A program made the translations under genes and the position numbers. A model generated the notes under the pieces. The model saw only the letters and a program-made list of their open reading frames with translations. It was not told the origin of the DNA and ran no database searches. Shown piece by piece: positions 24,135-35,700 of a stretch of 64,000 bases of DNA. The DNA lies in assembly GCA_001643675.2 (NCBI GenBank), contig LSRY02000018.1, forward strand, positions 930,001 to 994,000, in the 5' to 3' direction. The stretch comes from Monocercomonoides exilis PA203 (lineage: Eukaryota; Protista; Preaxostyla). Position 1 is the stretch's first letter. Every line of letters begins with the position of its first letter.

Positions 24135-25015
24135 CGCACTTTATGAATTGATTGCAGCCCATCCAACCACTTCCGTTTGGCAGGATATCTAGAGTTTGTG
24201 ATTGCGGCGGCTTCATTTCGTCATGAAGGCTCTTGCTTTACCATAGAATCACAGAAGAAAGTGTAAATCCATCAACAGCCACAGCAGCAACTAGAGTTGA
24301 ATTCGCCATTTTGGTGGTTCTTTGCGAAATCCTGGATTTTCGTTTTAAGGATGAACCACGCTCTGCTTTGAATTAATATGGACTCTCAGTGATTACTCAT
24401 CCATGTTGAATATTAGTTCTTTGTCGTATTCATTTTTTTCATGTGGACCGTCCAGCAATGAATACCAGGGCTGCAGAATACTTTGGCACGACACCGCAAT
24501 GCGATTAACATCAACATTTTTAGGCGAACTTTTCTTCAGCTCATGATTGCGCTTCACAAATTGGTAAGTGGTTCCCATTGAAATGTTAATGTGTAGTGCG
24601 TCTTCGTCATATGTATCATTAATCACATTTTCTATCTGATATATTTGTCAGGATTATTAATTATTAAAGAACAACGAACCAGTTCGCGAACTTTCCGTTC
24701 AGGCAAACAGCTTCCAGATCTTGATTCAATGATAATTTCATCCAGTACAATTTGTTCTTTGTTTCTTATCACAAATTGCGGTCTTCCAACTTTTGAAACC
24801 AGCCTTTTGCTTCTCAGTGCCCGAACAGCGTTTTTGATCCTTTTGTGTGAGAATTCCATGGAGTTTATTGCGTCTGTGATCCTGACAACTCCATCCACCA
24901 CAATGCGCGCCATCCGTTACAGCCGATTGTCAATCCTTCTGAAATCGAAAGATTTCATAGCAGCACGTAATTTCCTTTGTCCAGCAATTCTCTTTTGTTC
25001 CACAGCAATTTTCAT
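24135..25015 (-). pseudogene. N-terminal half of a pogo/Fot1-like (DDE_1) transposase pseudogene
   Basis: GRP motif and HTH region, a 44-nt GT-AG intron (24636-24679), IFNMDE, T.VAAVA.DG and NGSGWM. It ends at ...FIKC where copy A begins. Several stops. Confidence 0.85.
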
Positions 25016-25090
25016 TTTTTCTATTATGGTTTTGATCTTAAGTCCAATTCATTCATTTATTAATTTTCATTTTCAATTTTCATTGAAATA

Positions 25091-25541
25091 CAGTCCAAAC
25101 CGGATATAATCACATCGGTTTTTGCATAACTTTTTGTGACTGTGTCCGATTGTGATTATTAGCGATGTGACTTTACACAGAAAAAATACGAATATTTATT
25201 AATTCAATTATTAATTTTGGGTAAATTTTTAATTTTTAAAAATTCTTCAGAAAAACAAATTATTCACTTGCGAAACGAATTTTTATCATAAATACTCATT
25301 ATTTTGAATTATTTGAGCACATTTTTGAAAAAGCGAAAAATTGATATTTTTGATTAAAAAATCGATTTTTCAATGAAAAAATCACCAATAATAATAAAAA
25401 AATGTGATTATATGTTTTCATCACTGTAATTATATGCGATGAAAAATGAATGAAAAACTATCAAAAAAAATCGGTGCATCGAAAAATGTGATTATATACG
25501 AATGTGATTATATACGACGTGATTATTTCCGGTTTTGACTG
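25091..25541. mobile_element. CAGTC-type MITE (451 bp), TA-flanked
   Basis: TA|CAGTCCAAACCGGATATAATCAC...GTGATTATTTCCGGTTTTGACTG|TA, with many internal ATAATCACA motifs. It is an inverted paralog of 27115-27827. Confidence 0.88.
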
Positions 25542-25547
25542 TATATA

Positions 25548-25804
25548 TGGGTGATTATTTTTGAAATCATATATTTTATCGGGGTGTTGATTTTTCAAAG
25601 ATTGAAAATTTTTCGAAAGAAAATTATTTTTTCAAAAGAGAAAAAGCATAATGATTGTTATTAAAAACAAATGGTTATTCCGAATCAAATATAAAAATGA
25701 ATTCAAGAAACCTTTTCACGTTTCAATTTTTTTTTATTGATATTCAAGAAATATTTTCGAACCGAAATTTTTGCATAAAAATATGATATCAAAATAATCA
25801 CCAA
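25548..25804. mobile_element. TGGGTGATTA-type MITE (~257 bp)
   Basis: TGGGTGATTATTTTTGAAATCATAT...ATATGATATCAAAATAATCACCAA. Paralog of 27311-27572, with a slightly decayed right end. Confidence 0.8.
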
Positions 25805-27114
25805 ATTATATAATGCATATGTGTAGAATCACATTACCGTGCAGAAAGTGAATTTTAAGTTTTTGTCATACAACTCTTTCTAATGAAGAAAACGGAATAA
25901 CTGTTGATCATGGCATCTGACCGATCATTCCCAATATTAATTCAGAGAATTGCGAAATTTTGTTTTTTTATGCAGATCATGAAATGAAAAAGTTGAAATA
26001 GGAAAAATTGAATTGTTTGAATTTCTGTGTTTTGAATACTTTAGGGTTAGAAGCAAATATGCAATCTTCATTCATTAATTTTAAGATCTTTGAAATTTTA
26101 CTTTTGTCATGTTAAAAATGTGAAAATAAAAATGATATTTTTGGATTTATATGAAAACACAATGATAGACGTTTGGAGCGCTTTTATAAGGGTATAAGTT
26201 TGTGCCTAAAAAGCAAATTAAAATTTTTTTGGTTTCTGTAGCGATGCTGTTTTCCTATAACCTTTGAAAGCTGCATTCTCCGCTGTTATTAATTTATATG
26301 AGAACATGTGATGAATGAGTTTCTTCAAAATCTTTAACAGTTTCAACAGTTATAAAGAGATATTTGAAAAATAAATGGTCAAATAAGATTATTTTTAAAT
26401 AAGTTATGGGGTTGATCTGTGAGATGCTATGATCGAAGGTCATGCTGATTGATTATCATCTTTCTTTGCGGAATTGTGACTTTTCCGCGTTTATCTTTAT
26501 TAATTAAAAAATGAATATTCAAACCGAATTTTCACGTTAATAACTACATGGGACAAATTTTTATTTTTGTTTGAAAAAACAAAGATTTGTTTCAATCATC
26601 CTTTGAAAGCAAATCGTGAATAATCAAAGGTTTATGGTTTCTTTAGGGAACTTAAATAAATATATAAATTCACTTTATTGAAATACAGTGTATTTTCGAA
26701 CCAACTTTTATCAACATTCTTTGTTGTTGAAAAAATACTTAAAAAATCCTTTTTCACACTTTCAAATGTCTTTTCTAAAAATTAAACATTATATTTCTTA
26801 AATACAAAAGTGAACTTTTTGAATCAATGAATTTTTCTAAACTTATTTTATTGCTTTTGAGATTGTTTTGTTGAATGAAAAGGCTCTTTCCAGTTGTTTT
26901 GCTTCATTACAATAATATTTAAATCTCTTAATAAGAGTGAAAAAAACCAATATTTGATAAGATGGTGTTTCATATTGCACATCTTGCATTTTTTTTGTTC
27001 ATTGTTGCACAATGAATGAATTCTTTGTGACGTAACTTGATGAATATAATGGGTTCATTTTTTTAAAAAATACGTTTGAGGTTGCAAAACGATATACAGA
27101 TATCGCATTAAATA

Positions 27115-27827
27115 CAGTCAAAACCGGATGTAATCACATCGAATATAATCACATTCGTTTATAGTCACATTTTTCCATGCACCGACATTTTTAGCTCATT
27201 TTTCATTCATTTTCCATCGAATATAATCACAGGGATGAAAATATATAATCACATTTTTTATTATTATGCGTGCTTTTTTCAATGAAAAATCGACTTTTTG
27301 ATCAAAAATATGGGTGATTATTTTTGAAATCATATCTTTTTTCGGGGTGTTGATTTTTCAAAGATTGAAAGTTTTTCGAAAGAAATTTTTGTTTCAAAAT
27401 AAAAATAACATGATAATTGTTTTTTAAAATACAATTGTTTCAGTTAAATGAACGATTAAAAATGTTTTGAATAAGTCTTTTCACTCTTCTATGTTTTTTA
27501 ATTGTTATTCATCAAATATATTTGCACCGAAATTTTTGTTAGAAAAAATATGATTTCAAAAATAATCACCCATATCAATTTTTGTTTTTACAAAAATGTG
27601 CTCAAATAAGTCAAAATAATGAGTATTTATGATCAAAATTGTTCAAGCAAGTGAAAAAAGTGTATTTGTGTTGAATTTCCAAAAATAAAAAAATCGACCC
27701 AAAACTAATTATCTCAAAAATCAATTTTTATTTTCTTCTGTTTAAAGTTGCATCGCTTATAATCACAATCGGATATTGTCACAAAAAGTCGTGCAAAAAC
27801 CGATGTGATTATATCCGGTTTTGACTG
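27115..27827. mobile_element. CAGTC-type MITE containing a nested TGGGTGATTA MITE; TA TSD
   Basis: GCATTAAA-TA|CAGTCAAAACCGG...CCGGTTTTGACTG|TA-TTGGACATCGC. The empty-site equivalent GCATTAAA-TA-TAGGACATCGC is at 11646-11666. Confidence 0.9.
27311..27572. mobile_element. TGGGTGATTA-type MITE (262 bp) nested in the CAGTC MITE; TA TSD
   Basis: ATCAAAAA-TA|TGGGTGATTATTTTTGAAATCATAT...ATATGATTTCAAAAATAATCACCCA|TA-TCAATTTT. The empty site is in the paralog at ~25337-25354 (reverse complement ATCAAAAA-TA-TCAATTTT). Confidence 0.9.
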
Positions 27828-28013
27828 TATTGGACATCGCTTAAAATACCGGACATCATCGATTTCTCTGTAACTGCAAGAGGAATTATTTTTGACAATT
27901 TTCCTCAAAATATATCTCATCAATACAAACTCAACTGAAAAACGAGACTTTCAAAATAGCTTCTTTATGCTTAGGTAAAATTATCGATTGAAATCTCGGA
28001 ATAATAGGATTTT

Positions 28014-31000
28014 GGCATAGGTACATCTGTGCTTCTTTTGCAATTTGCTCTGTTTGGAATAAACTTTATGATGAAATAATAGATAAAAATAATTTAAAAC
28101 TTTTGGGTGGACGAATTTTTTGAAATTGTTTTTTCTTGTTGAAAAAAATCAATTTTGAAAAATCACCCATAAATATTACAATTTTTAATCAAAATAAATA
28201 TATAAGGATAATTACCTATATATAAATACATGCAATGATTTTAATTGTTATATTAACCTTTTGTATCAATAAATTTCTGAGAAATAAAACATTTCAAAAA
28301 ATTAAAATTTAAATGAATAATTTTTGATCAATCCCACAAATAAATTATAAATTTCTAAAGATTTAGGATTAGCTTTTTTTGTGATGTGTGGGGTGAACAC
28401 TTTCCAATATACCACAATTTGAATATATAAACATTATATTATCGTATGCACTGATTGTTATTTAAAATATTCTTCTACTATTAACAAATTTTGATTGTTA
28501 GAATATGAAGCTGATAATTATGCAACATGAAACTTCATGAGTCTTCCATTGGAGAAATCTATTAAAGAATTTTTGTTCATTCGGAAAATCGTTAAAAAAA
28601 TAATTATTTTTTTAAATATTGGAGAATATTTTAACTTTATTCAAATTATGTCAAATATTTGTTATATTTTCATTTCGGAATGTTGCAGACAGTATGATTT
28701 CAAATGAAAATGGAGGAACAATATTCTTCATATTGGTGGAATCTGGATCAATTGGTTGATTAACAGAAAAATCAGTCATTGCAGCTGCTTCAATGGGAAA
28801 GGAGGAGCGTATTTGCCAATAAAGGAAAGAGGAAAATAGGATTTCACATTTATGTGGATGAAGTTTAGTGCTTATACAGCAAGAGTGGGGAATGATATTT
28901 TCATTGAATGTTACAACATTACATCTTTGATCAATAAATGTCAATTTCAGTTTGATCTACGAGAGAAGCCGAGTGTTGGGTTTGTGAATGGGGGAAATGG
29001 AGGGATGAACTATCATAAGTGCGGATATTCTGACTTTGCATGCTCCACATTGACATATGCAGGAACAAATGTGTTTGGCACATCACCAGCAACACTGAAA
29101 CTTGTTGATGGAAGTTTTTTATTGATGAAATGATACTCAACACTCAACAAATGAACATTGGTGGAGATATTGAAAAGGCAAAGATTGGAATTGTCGAAGG
29201 AGGAGAAAATGAATTTTTGATAAAGAGCGAACAAATAATATCGTTTTCGTCATTGGCATTATCGATATCAACATTTGCCGAATCAAGAAAGGAGTATGTA
29301 TTTTTGTGCGGTGCAAGCACATTGAAATTTGAGGAATGTTCATTTGGAGCAAAATCACAAGAGATTGGAGTGGGATTGATTTGTGGGAAAGGAGGGAAAG
29401 TGGAGTTGGCAAATTGTGAATTTGGAGATTTTGCAATAACCAAATCAGTGATAGTGACTTTTGATGGAGCAGGGGTTGGAGGATTGATTGATGAGGTGAT
29501 TGTGAAGAATGTGACAAGAGAAAATGAGGGAAGAAGCCTATTTTTTAGCTGAGAAATGGAGGGGATGTTGAGATAAAGAACACAACGATGAATGAACTCG
29601 TTTTGAGAATGGAAATGAGATTGAGATTGGAGAAGGGATTAATGCGAAAATCTGGAACTGCACATTCAAATCAATTCAGAGAGGGAATAGGAATGGAGGG
29701 GTGTTGAATGGGAGAGTGGGAAGTGGGAAGTGTGTGGATATGATGAATCGGGATAGTGGAGATGAAATCTTCTTGTGCCAATCGATGAAAAGAAAAAATG
29801 ATAGCATTGACAGAAATGGAACAGAAGGAGAAAAAAAGTGAAATTGATGGATGGAGGCACAATCGAAGATTCTTGTTCATTTCTGAAAGCGCTTGTGATC
29901 GATGGATGTGGAAGTGAGGGAGATAGAATAAAGTGCATGACTGCTCATTTTCAAGTGACAATCATCGAGGATTCTTGTATCATTCTTTTTCAATGAAGAG
30001 CGTTTCAAAGGAATTATAAATATTTAAAAATATGAAGTCAAAAATTTTTAATAATTCCAATACATTGCTCTCATGAATAATGAGTTGCAAAAAAATGTAT
30101 ATCAATTTTTAACTAACTACCCAAATATAATTTTTAATAATATTCTTCTGAAATGTTGAATATTTGAAAAAACAGTCAAAGGAATTGAAGAAATAACAAT
30201 AACAAAAACTATAATGCTCCATTTTGTTAACTTTTTCATCTTCCACATCGAAACTCAATATACACACCAGTCAACACTTATTTTCCTGTTTCTCTTCTTT
30301 TCCTTTTTGTTCTCAGTCTTTCTAATTTTTTCTCACCTTTGACCTCAAATAATCAAATTCATCGATTTTTGAAATTATTGTTTCCTTAATGATATCATCT
30401 TTTCAGTCACCTGCGCCTATTATATTCTTTTCCTCATTCAAATTCTTCTTCTTCTTTGTAATTTTTTTTCTATTTCCATTTCACTATCTTTATTTCGACT
30501 TCTCATCAATCAATTATTTTCACCTGCGCACGTCTTCGAAGGGTGTTTCGATAAGGGTTTCAACGATATATTTCCTTTTTCGATTCATTCTGCTTTTTTT
30601 TCAGTGATTCTTTCATTCATTGAATTGAAAAATTTAAATTAACTGAAATACAAATGAATAATTTTCATTAAAACAAAACATAATATAATATGATATAAAT
30701 TTTATCGAATGAACAAAAATTCTTTAATAGATTTCTCCAATGGAAGACTCATGAAGTTTCATGTTGCATAATTATCAGCTTCATATTCTAACAATCAAAA
30801 TTTGTTAATAGTAGAAGAATATTTTAAATAACAATCAGTGCATACGATAATATAATGTTTATATATTCAAATTGTGGTATATTGGAAAGTGTTCACCCCA
30901 CACATCACAAAAAAAGCTAATCCTAAATCTTTAGAAATTTATAATTTATTTGTGGGATTGATCAAAAATTATTCATTTAAATTTTAATTTTTTGAAATGT

Positions 31001-31275
31001 TTTATTTCTCAGAAATTTATTGATACAAAAGGTTAATATAACAATTAAAATCATTGCATGTATTTATATATAGGTAATTATCCTTATATATTTATTTTGA
31101 TTAAAAATTGTAATATTTATGGGTGATTTTTCAAAATTGATTTTTTTCAACAAGAAAAAACAATTTCAAAAAATTCGTCCACCCAAAAGTTTTAAATTAT
31201 TTTTATCTATTATTTCATCATAAAGTTTATTCCAAACAGAGCAAATTGCAAAAGAAGCACAGATGCACCTATGCC
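28014..31275. mobile_element. Non-autonomous Pack-type DNA transposon, copy B (3262 bp), an inverted near-identical copy of 20872-24134
   Basis: TIRs at 28014-28583 and 30706-31275. Left flank AGGATTTT (reverse complement AAAATCCT); right flank AAAGTGCG. The differences from copy A that I noticed are 1-bp homopolymer indels. Confidence 0.92.
28653..29667 (+). pseudogene. Captured beta-helix surface protein gene fragment in copy B
   Basis: Same sequence as 22480-23495 in reverse complement, with an extra 1-bp frameshift at the T-run near 29115-29120. Confidence 0.75.
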
Positions 31276-31895
31276 AAAGTGCGCACTTCCAACACTCCTT
31301 CAAGGAATTATCGATAACAGAAAGCGCATGTCACTGGAAAACTTTCGCTGCTTGCTTCTCATTGATTCACACATTTCTCGCGCAGATCCGACAATTTGGA
31401 GAAAAGTTCGAAAAGAAAATATCGACATCATCACCTTCATTCCTCACAGCACACATATCGCCCAGCCTCTTGACAGAGGAGTCTTCGCTGTTCTCAAAAA
31501 AGAACTGCAAACAAAATATGAACCTCCATCTTCATCGACATCTTCATCATAAAGAATAGCTTTTATAAATGTTCTACTTCAAGCAATTCATACCTCCCTC
31601 TCATCTGCTGTCAAAAAAAGCCTTCACAACAAGTGGAGTTCTTCATGACGAATCTGGACCGATTCTTTTGAAGCTTCCAGAAACATCGGAATATCAACCT
31701 TCATCACATTCAAAAAGATTCGACTTCTATAGCAAGTTAATAACTGATGAGAAGCTACTGAATGATTGGAGTAATTATTTTGGAATTGAAGAAGAAGAAA
31801 AAGCTGAAAAAGAAGAAAAAGTTGATGATGAAAAGAATTCTTCAGAAGAAATTAAAAAAGCATGGCAAAAGACGATAATGAGCTTTAATCTTTAA
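31276..31895 (+). pseudogene. C-terminal half of the pogo/Fot1-like DD35D transposase
   Basis: KCALP...LLLIDSHISR...ITFIPHSTHIAQPLDRGVF.VLK (35 residues between the second and third D). It joins in frame to the 24135-25015 half across the TSD AAAGTGCG (F-I-K-C-A-L-P). Confidence 0.88.
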
Positions 31896-32776
31896 ATGAA
31901 ACGAAAAAAATAAAGAGAAAATTTGGTGAAAGAAGATAATCGTGAAAATGAAAACGAAGTTTTCAATTTGATTGAAAGATAAGAGAAAAAAAGAAAAGTT
32001 ATACATAAATTTAATTCGTCATTAACCTTTTTTCAATTTTAATTTTATTATTTTTCATAACAAAAAAATTTCCCAATGAAAAAAAAGGGTCACAACAAAA
32101 TAACTGACCCTATTATTTTTATTTTGAAAAAAAAATATAATCCCTCATTAATGTGCTTTATCAGATTTCGCTGTTTTCATTCATGTGACATGATTTAATT
32201 CTCAAACTATCTGATAATCTTTCATCCCAGACATCGAACAAACAAATAAATACTTTGATATTTTGGAAAATAACATGGAACGACAAAAAGGAAAAAACAT
32301 ATAAGAAGAGATATGAAACAACAAGAAAAGAAAACAGTCTTTGAAATAGTCACGCGTGAATACTCCCATGAAATTCAAGCGATTTCATGGAGTATTCATT
32401 TCTATTTGAGATGAACAAAAAGAAAATTAAATATAGACACAATATTTCCAATTCAAGAACACAAAAACAGATAATGCACATACACACAATATAAGACATG
32501 CAAATGAGACACTTTTTGTGAAGCTGTTTAAGAGAAGCGGAAGCATCGAAAGGAAAAGAGAAATAAATGTATCTTTGATGAAATAAATTACACATTAACC
32601 ATAACATGAAGCAGCCATGCACAAAATCACTTTTTCTTTCAGGAAGTTCTGTTGAGCAATAAATACAAAACAAACCAAAAGGAACAAGCACAACCTTTAT
32701 TTTGGAAGCGTTTCAGACACTCTTTTCAATTCGTCAAACATGAATCCAACAAACAAAGAAGCCAACCAAATAAGAA

Positions 32777-35700
32777 TCAAAGAGACTCATCGAGTTCATT
32801 CAGAAAACGGATCACTTCATCAAGTGAAGGCCTGCCACCCGGTTCGTCTGCCCACATCTTCTCCATCACCTCAACCAGCTCTTCTCCTTCAATCCCTTCA
32901 GTCAAGGGCCGAACGCCATCCCTCATCATCTCCTGCGCTTCCTCCGCATTGCATTCACTTAAAGGTACTTCCCCTGTTGTCATTTCATGGAGAATCAGCC
33001 CAAGTGTGAAAATAACTGCCTTTTCAATTTCCTCATCTTCATTTCCCGCTTCAGGTGCCTTCCATCGCTTCATTTCTTCCTTTTGCTTTTCATCCTCCAG
33101 TTCTTCTGCCAATACGAATATTTCGTTATTTCCTTCCTCAACAAAGATTGAATATGGGCATAATTGTTTCCCAATCATTTCCACCCTTTCGTCTCCAATT
33201 GAAATCAAATGCTCAAACAGCTCTGCAACTGCCAAAACCACCACCTTCCCATCAACAACATCCATCGCTCTTGTTCCCAATGTGAAATTACCTTGAATTG
33301 AATGAATTGTCGAGTACAATGTTTTTATGTTCCTTTTCTCCTTCTCTCGAAATGGCTTTTTCGCTGATATCACATTGAGTGAATGAGAGTGTGGCATTCC
33401 AGAAACACAAACATCCTCAAATCTTGGTGAGGGAAATTCATAAACTGACATCTCATTTTCATTCAATGTTTCATCATTCGTTGTCGATGGCGATTCTGTC
33501 TCATCCTCCTCATCGTTGTCAATCAGCAAAGGAATTTGGCTCGTCATCCCTTCCAGCAACGTTGATGGCATCCCATCCATCTCAAAGCTTTCTCTGCTCT
33601 TTTCTTTTCTCCTCTCAGGCTTATTTTTCATTGCCCCCTCTTTCAACCCTATTTCCTCGATTTTCTCAATCATTTCACTCATCTTCTTTCGCAGCAGCAC
33701 AACAACCATAACAAATACAAAAATAAATATCAAAAACAACACAGCAATTATAACAATAACAATCGCACTCCATTCATTGTTTCTCCCTCCTTTATTGATA
33801 TTTCCATCTCCTTCATCAACAGTACCACCTCCTTTCGATTCTGATACACTCTTGTTTATCACCACAATTCCATTGGATGAAGATGATTTGTTTTTTCCAA
33901 ACAGAATGAATATGCTCACTTCTGTTTTATTCTCCATCACTTTCAACAGTTCAGACGAAATCGTTGAATGCACCTCGTTCTCTGATATGAAGCCATCATC
34001 TTCAATGATGTTTGTGTGTGAATGTTCAATATCTCCATTTTTCATGCTTATCTTCACCCACAAATCGCATGGCAGAAGCAGCTTCCCATAAATTATTAGC
34101 TCCATTTCTCCGGTTGCTTCTTTTCCTTTCACACTCTCCAGAACTGGAAAGAAAAACGGCGATGCTCTTTCTGATGCAATTCCACCAAGAGCGCATCCAT
34201 CATTCAAAATCCAAAGAGAAGAATTATCTTTGACCCCATCTCCACCTTTCAAGCTCGAAATGGTCAGCGATGCAGAATCTGAGCAAATGATGTTTCGACG
34301 AAGAGAAGGATATTTTCCATTGAATGGATTGTTATTCAGAAACTCTCCTTTCTCAATTTTCACATTGCCTGAGGACAAAGATAACCCACCTTGTGGAGCA
34401 TTCGAAATTATCACATCCTTCATCACCAATGAAGAATTCGCTGAATGGACAAGCGATCCATTCCATTTGCATATTCCTTCAAATGCATTGCTGCTCTCAC
34501 TTTCGCTTTCTTTCATAAGCACTCCTTCAATCTCACATATGTGCATCGAAACATCTTTCATATCACACACCTCAGCAACACTTCCTTTTTTAGATAAGGA
34601 AATGCAATCTGAGCAAGAACAGTTTGAAAACTCTAAATGAGCAGAAATTGAAGATGCCCAGAGAACAGAAGCTCCTTCCGAATACCTCGAACAGTTGTTG
34701 AATGAGGAGCTTCCAATCGAAACACTTCCCGAAGTTGAACCATTTATTGAAATAACACAACCACCAGATAACTTTATTCCATCTGCATATACTCCATTAA
34801 ATACAATATTTCTACAGCTGCCAATCTCAAACACATTTGTTGTTGATTCAATCTGTTCTAATTTCATATTTGTGATATTCATCTCATCTCCATTTAGCAG
34901 AAACGAAGGCTTCTTGAACGAGAGGAACGATATCGTGCAGTTGTCAACATGAAGAATTCCATTTTCGATGTTCAATAATGTTGAATTGAGAACAACAGAT
35001 TCAATGTTTTCTGATTGGCCAACAGAAGAAAAATCAACAAATGATAAAGAAAGCTGGCCATTTGTTTCATGGATAATAGAACTGCTTGAATAAGAAAATG
35101 GCTGGCCAAAGTTGAATTTCAATCTCTCAACCCGAACAATCCCTGTTGTTGTGATGACGTTTCCCTCATCGCAAGAAATTGTTGAGTTCATATATACCAG
35201 AGCAAACAATGGAGATTCAAGTGAGCGAACGATAACATTCTGCACACTGCATTCCTCATTGATGACCGTCTCCTCTGATACTAACAGCTGTGAATAACGT
35301 GACGGAATAATGTGATTCACTCCGACATTCAACGATTCACAAGGCATGCTGAACTCTCCACAAGACTTGAAACCAGAGTGATTTTCAGAAACAGCTGACA
35401 CAAATATCGTCTCGCTTTGGTATTTCATAACTCTCAGCAGAAGATCTTCTTCTCCAACAAATGAATCTGTTGTGCAGCCCCATATCGCCAGCTCCTTCAC
35501 AAATGGCAATCCGAAGTCCAACATGAATTGCTCTTCAACTATTTGTGCTTCGATTGAGTTGCATTTCACGTACACATCTCTCCCTCTGAATGCAGAGTTG
35601 TCTTTGAATGTGATATTGGATAATACAAAGTTCAGAGGCTGTTCAACTGTCGAGGTGCATTCCAGAAACAGCCACCCGCCTCTTCCTGTGCTTGAGCAGA

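Larger units (their letters stand above)
27097..28005. mobile_element. Right arm of the CAGATATCGC foldback MITE (now flipped by the inversion), interrupted by a CAGTC MITE
   Basis: 27097-27114 plus 27830-27935 match 11638-11740 plus 20770-20790. TA at 27095-27096. Confidence 0.78.

Noticed and set aside
20872-31275. The inverted 3.26-kb duplication as a pure assembly artefact
   Set aside because: Two distinct 8-bp TSD pairs and two independently interrupted targets show two real insertions. Only the orientation of the middle segment still needs long-read confirmation.
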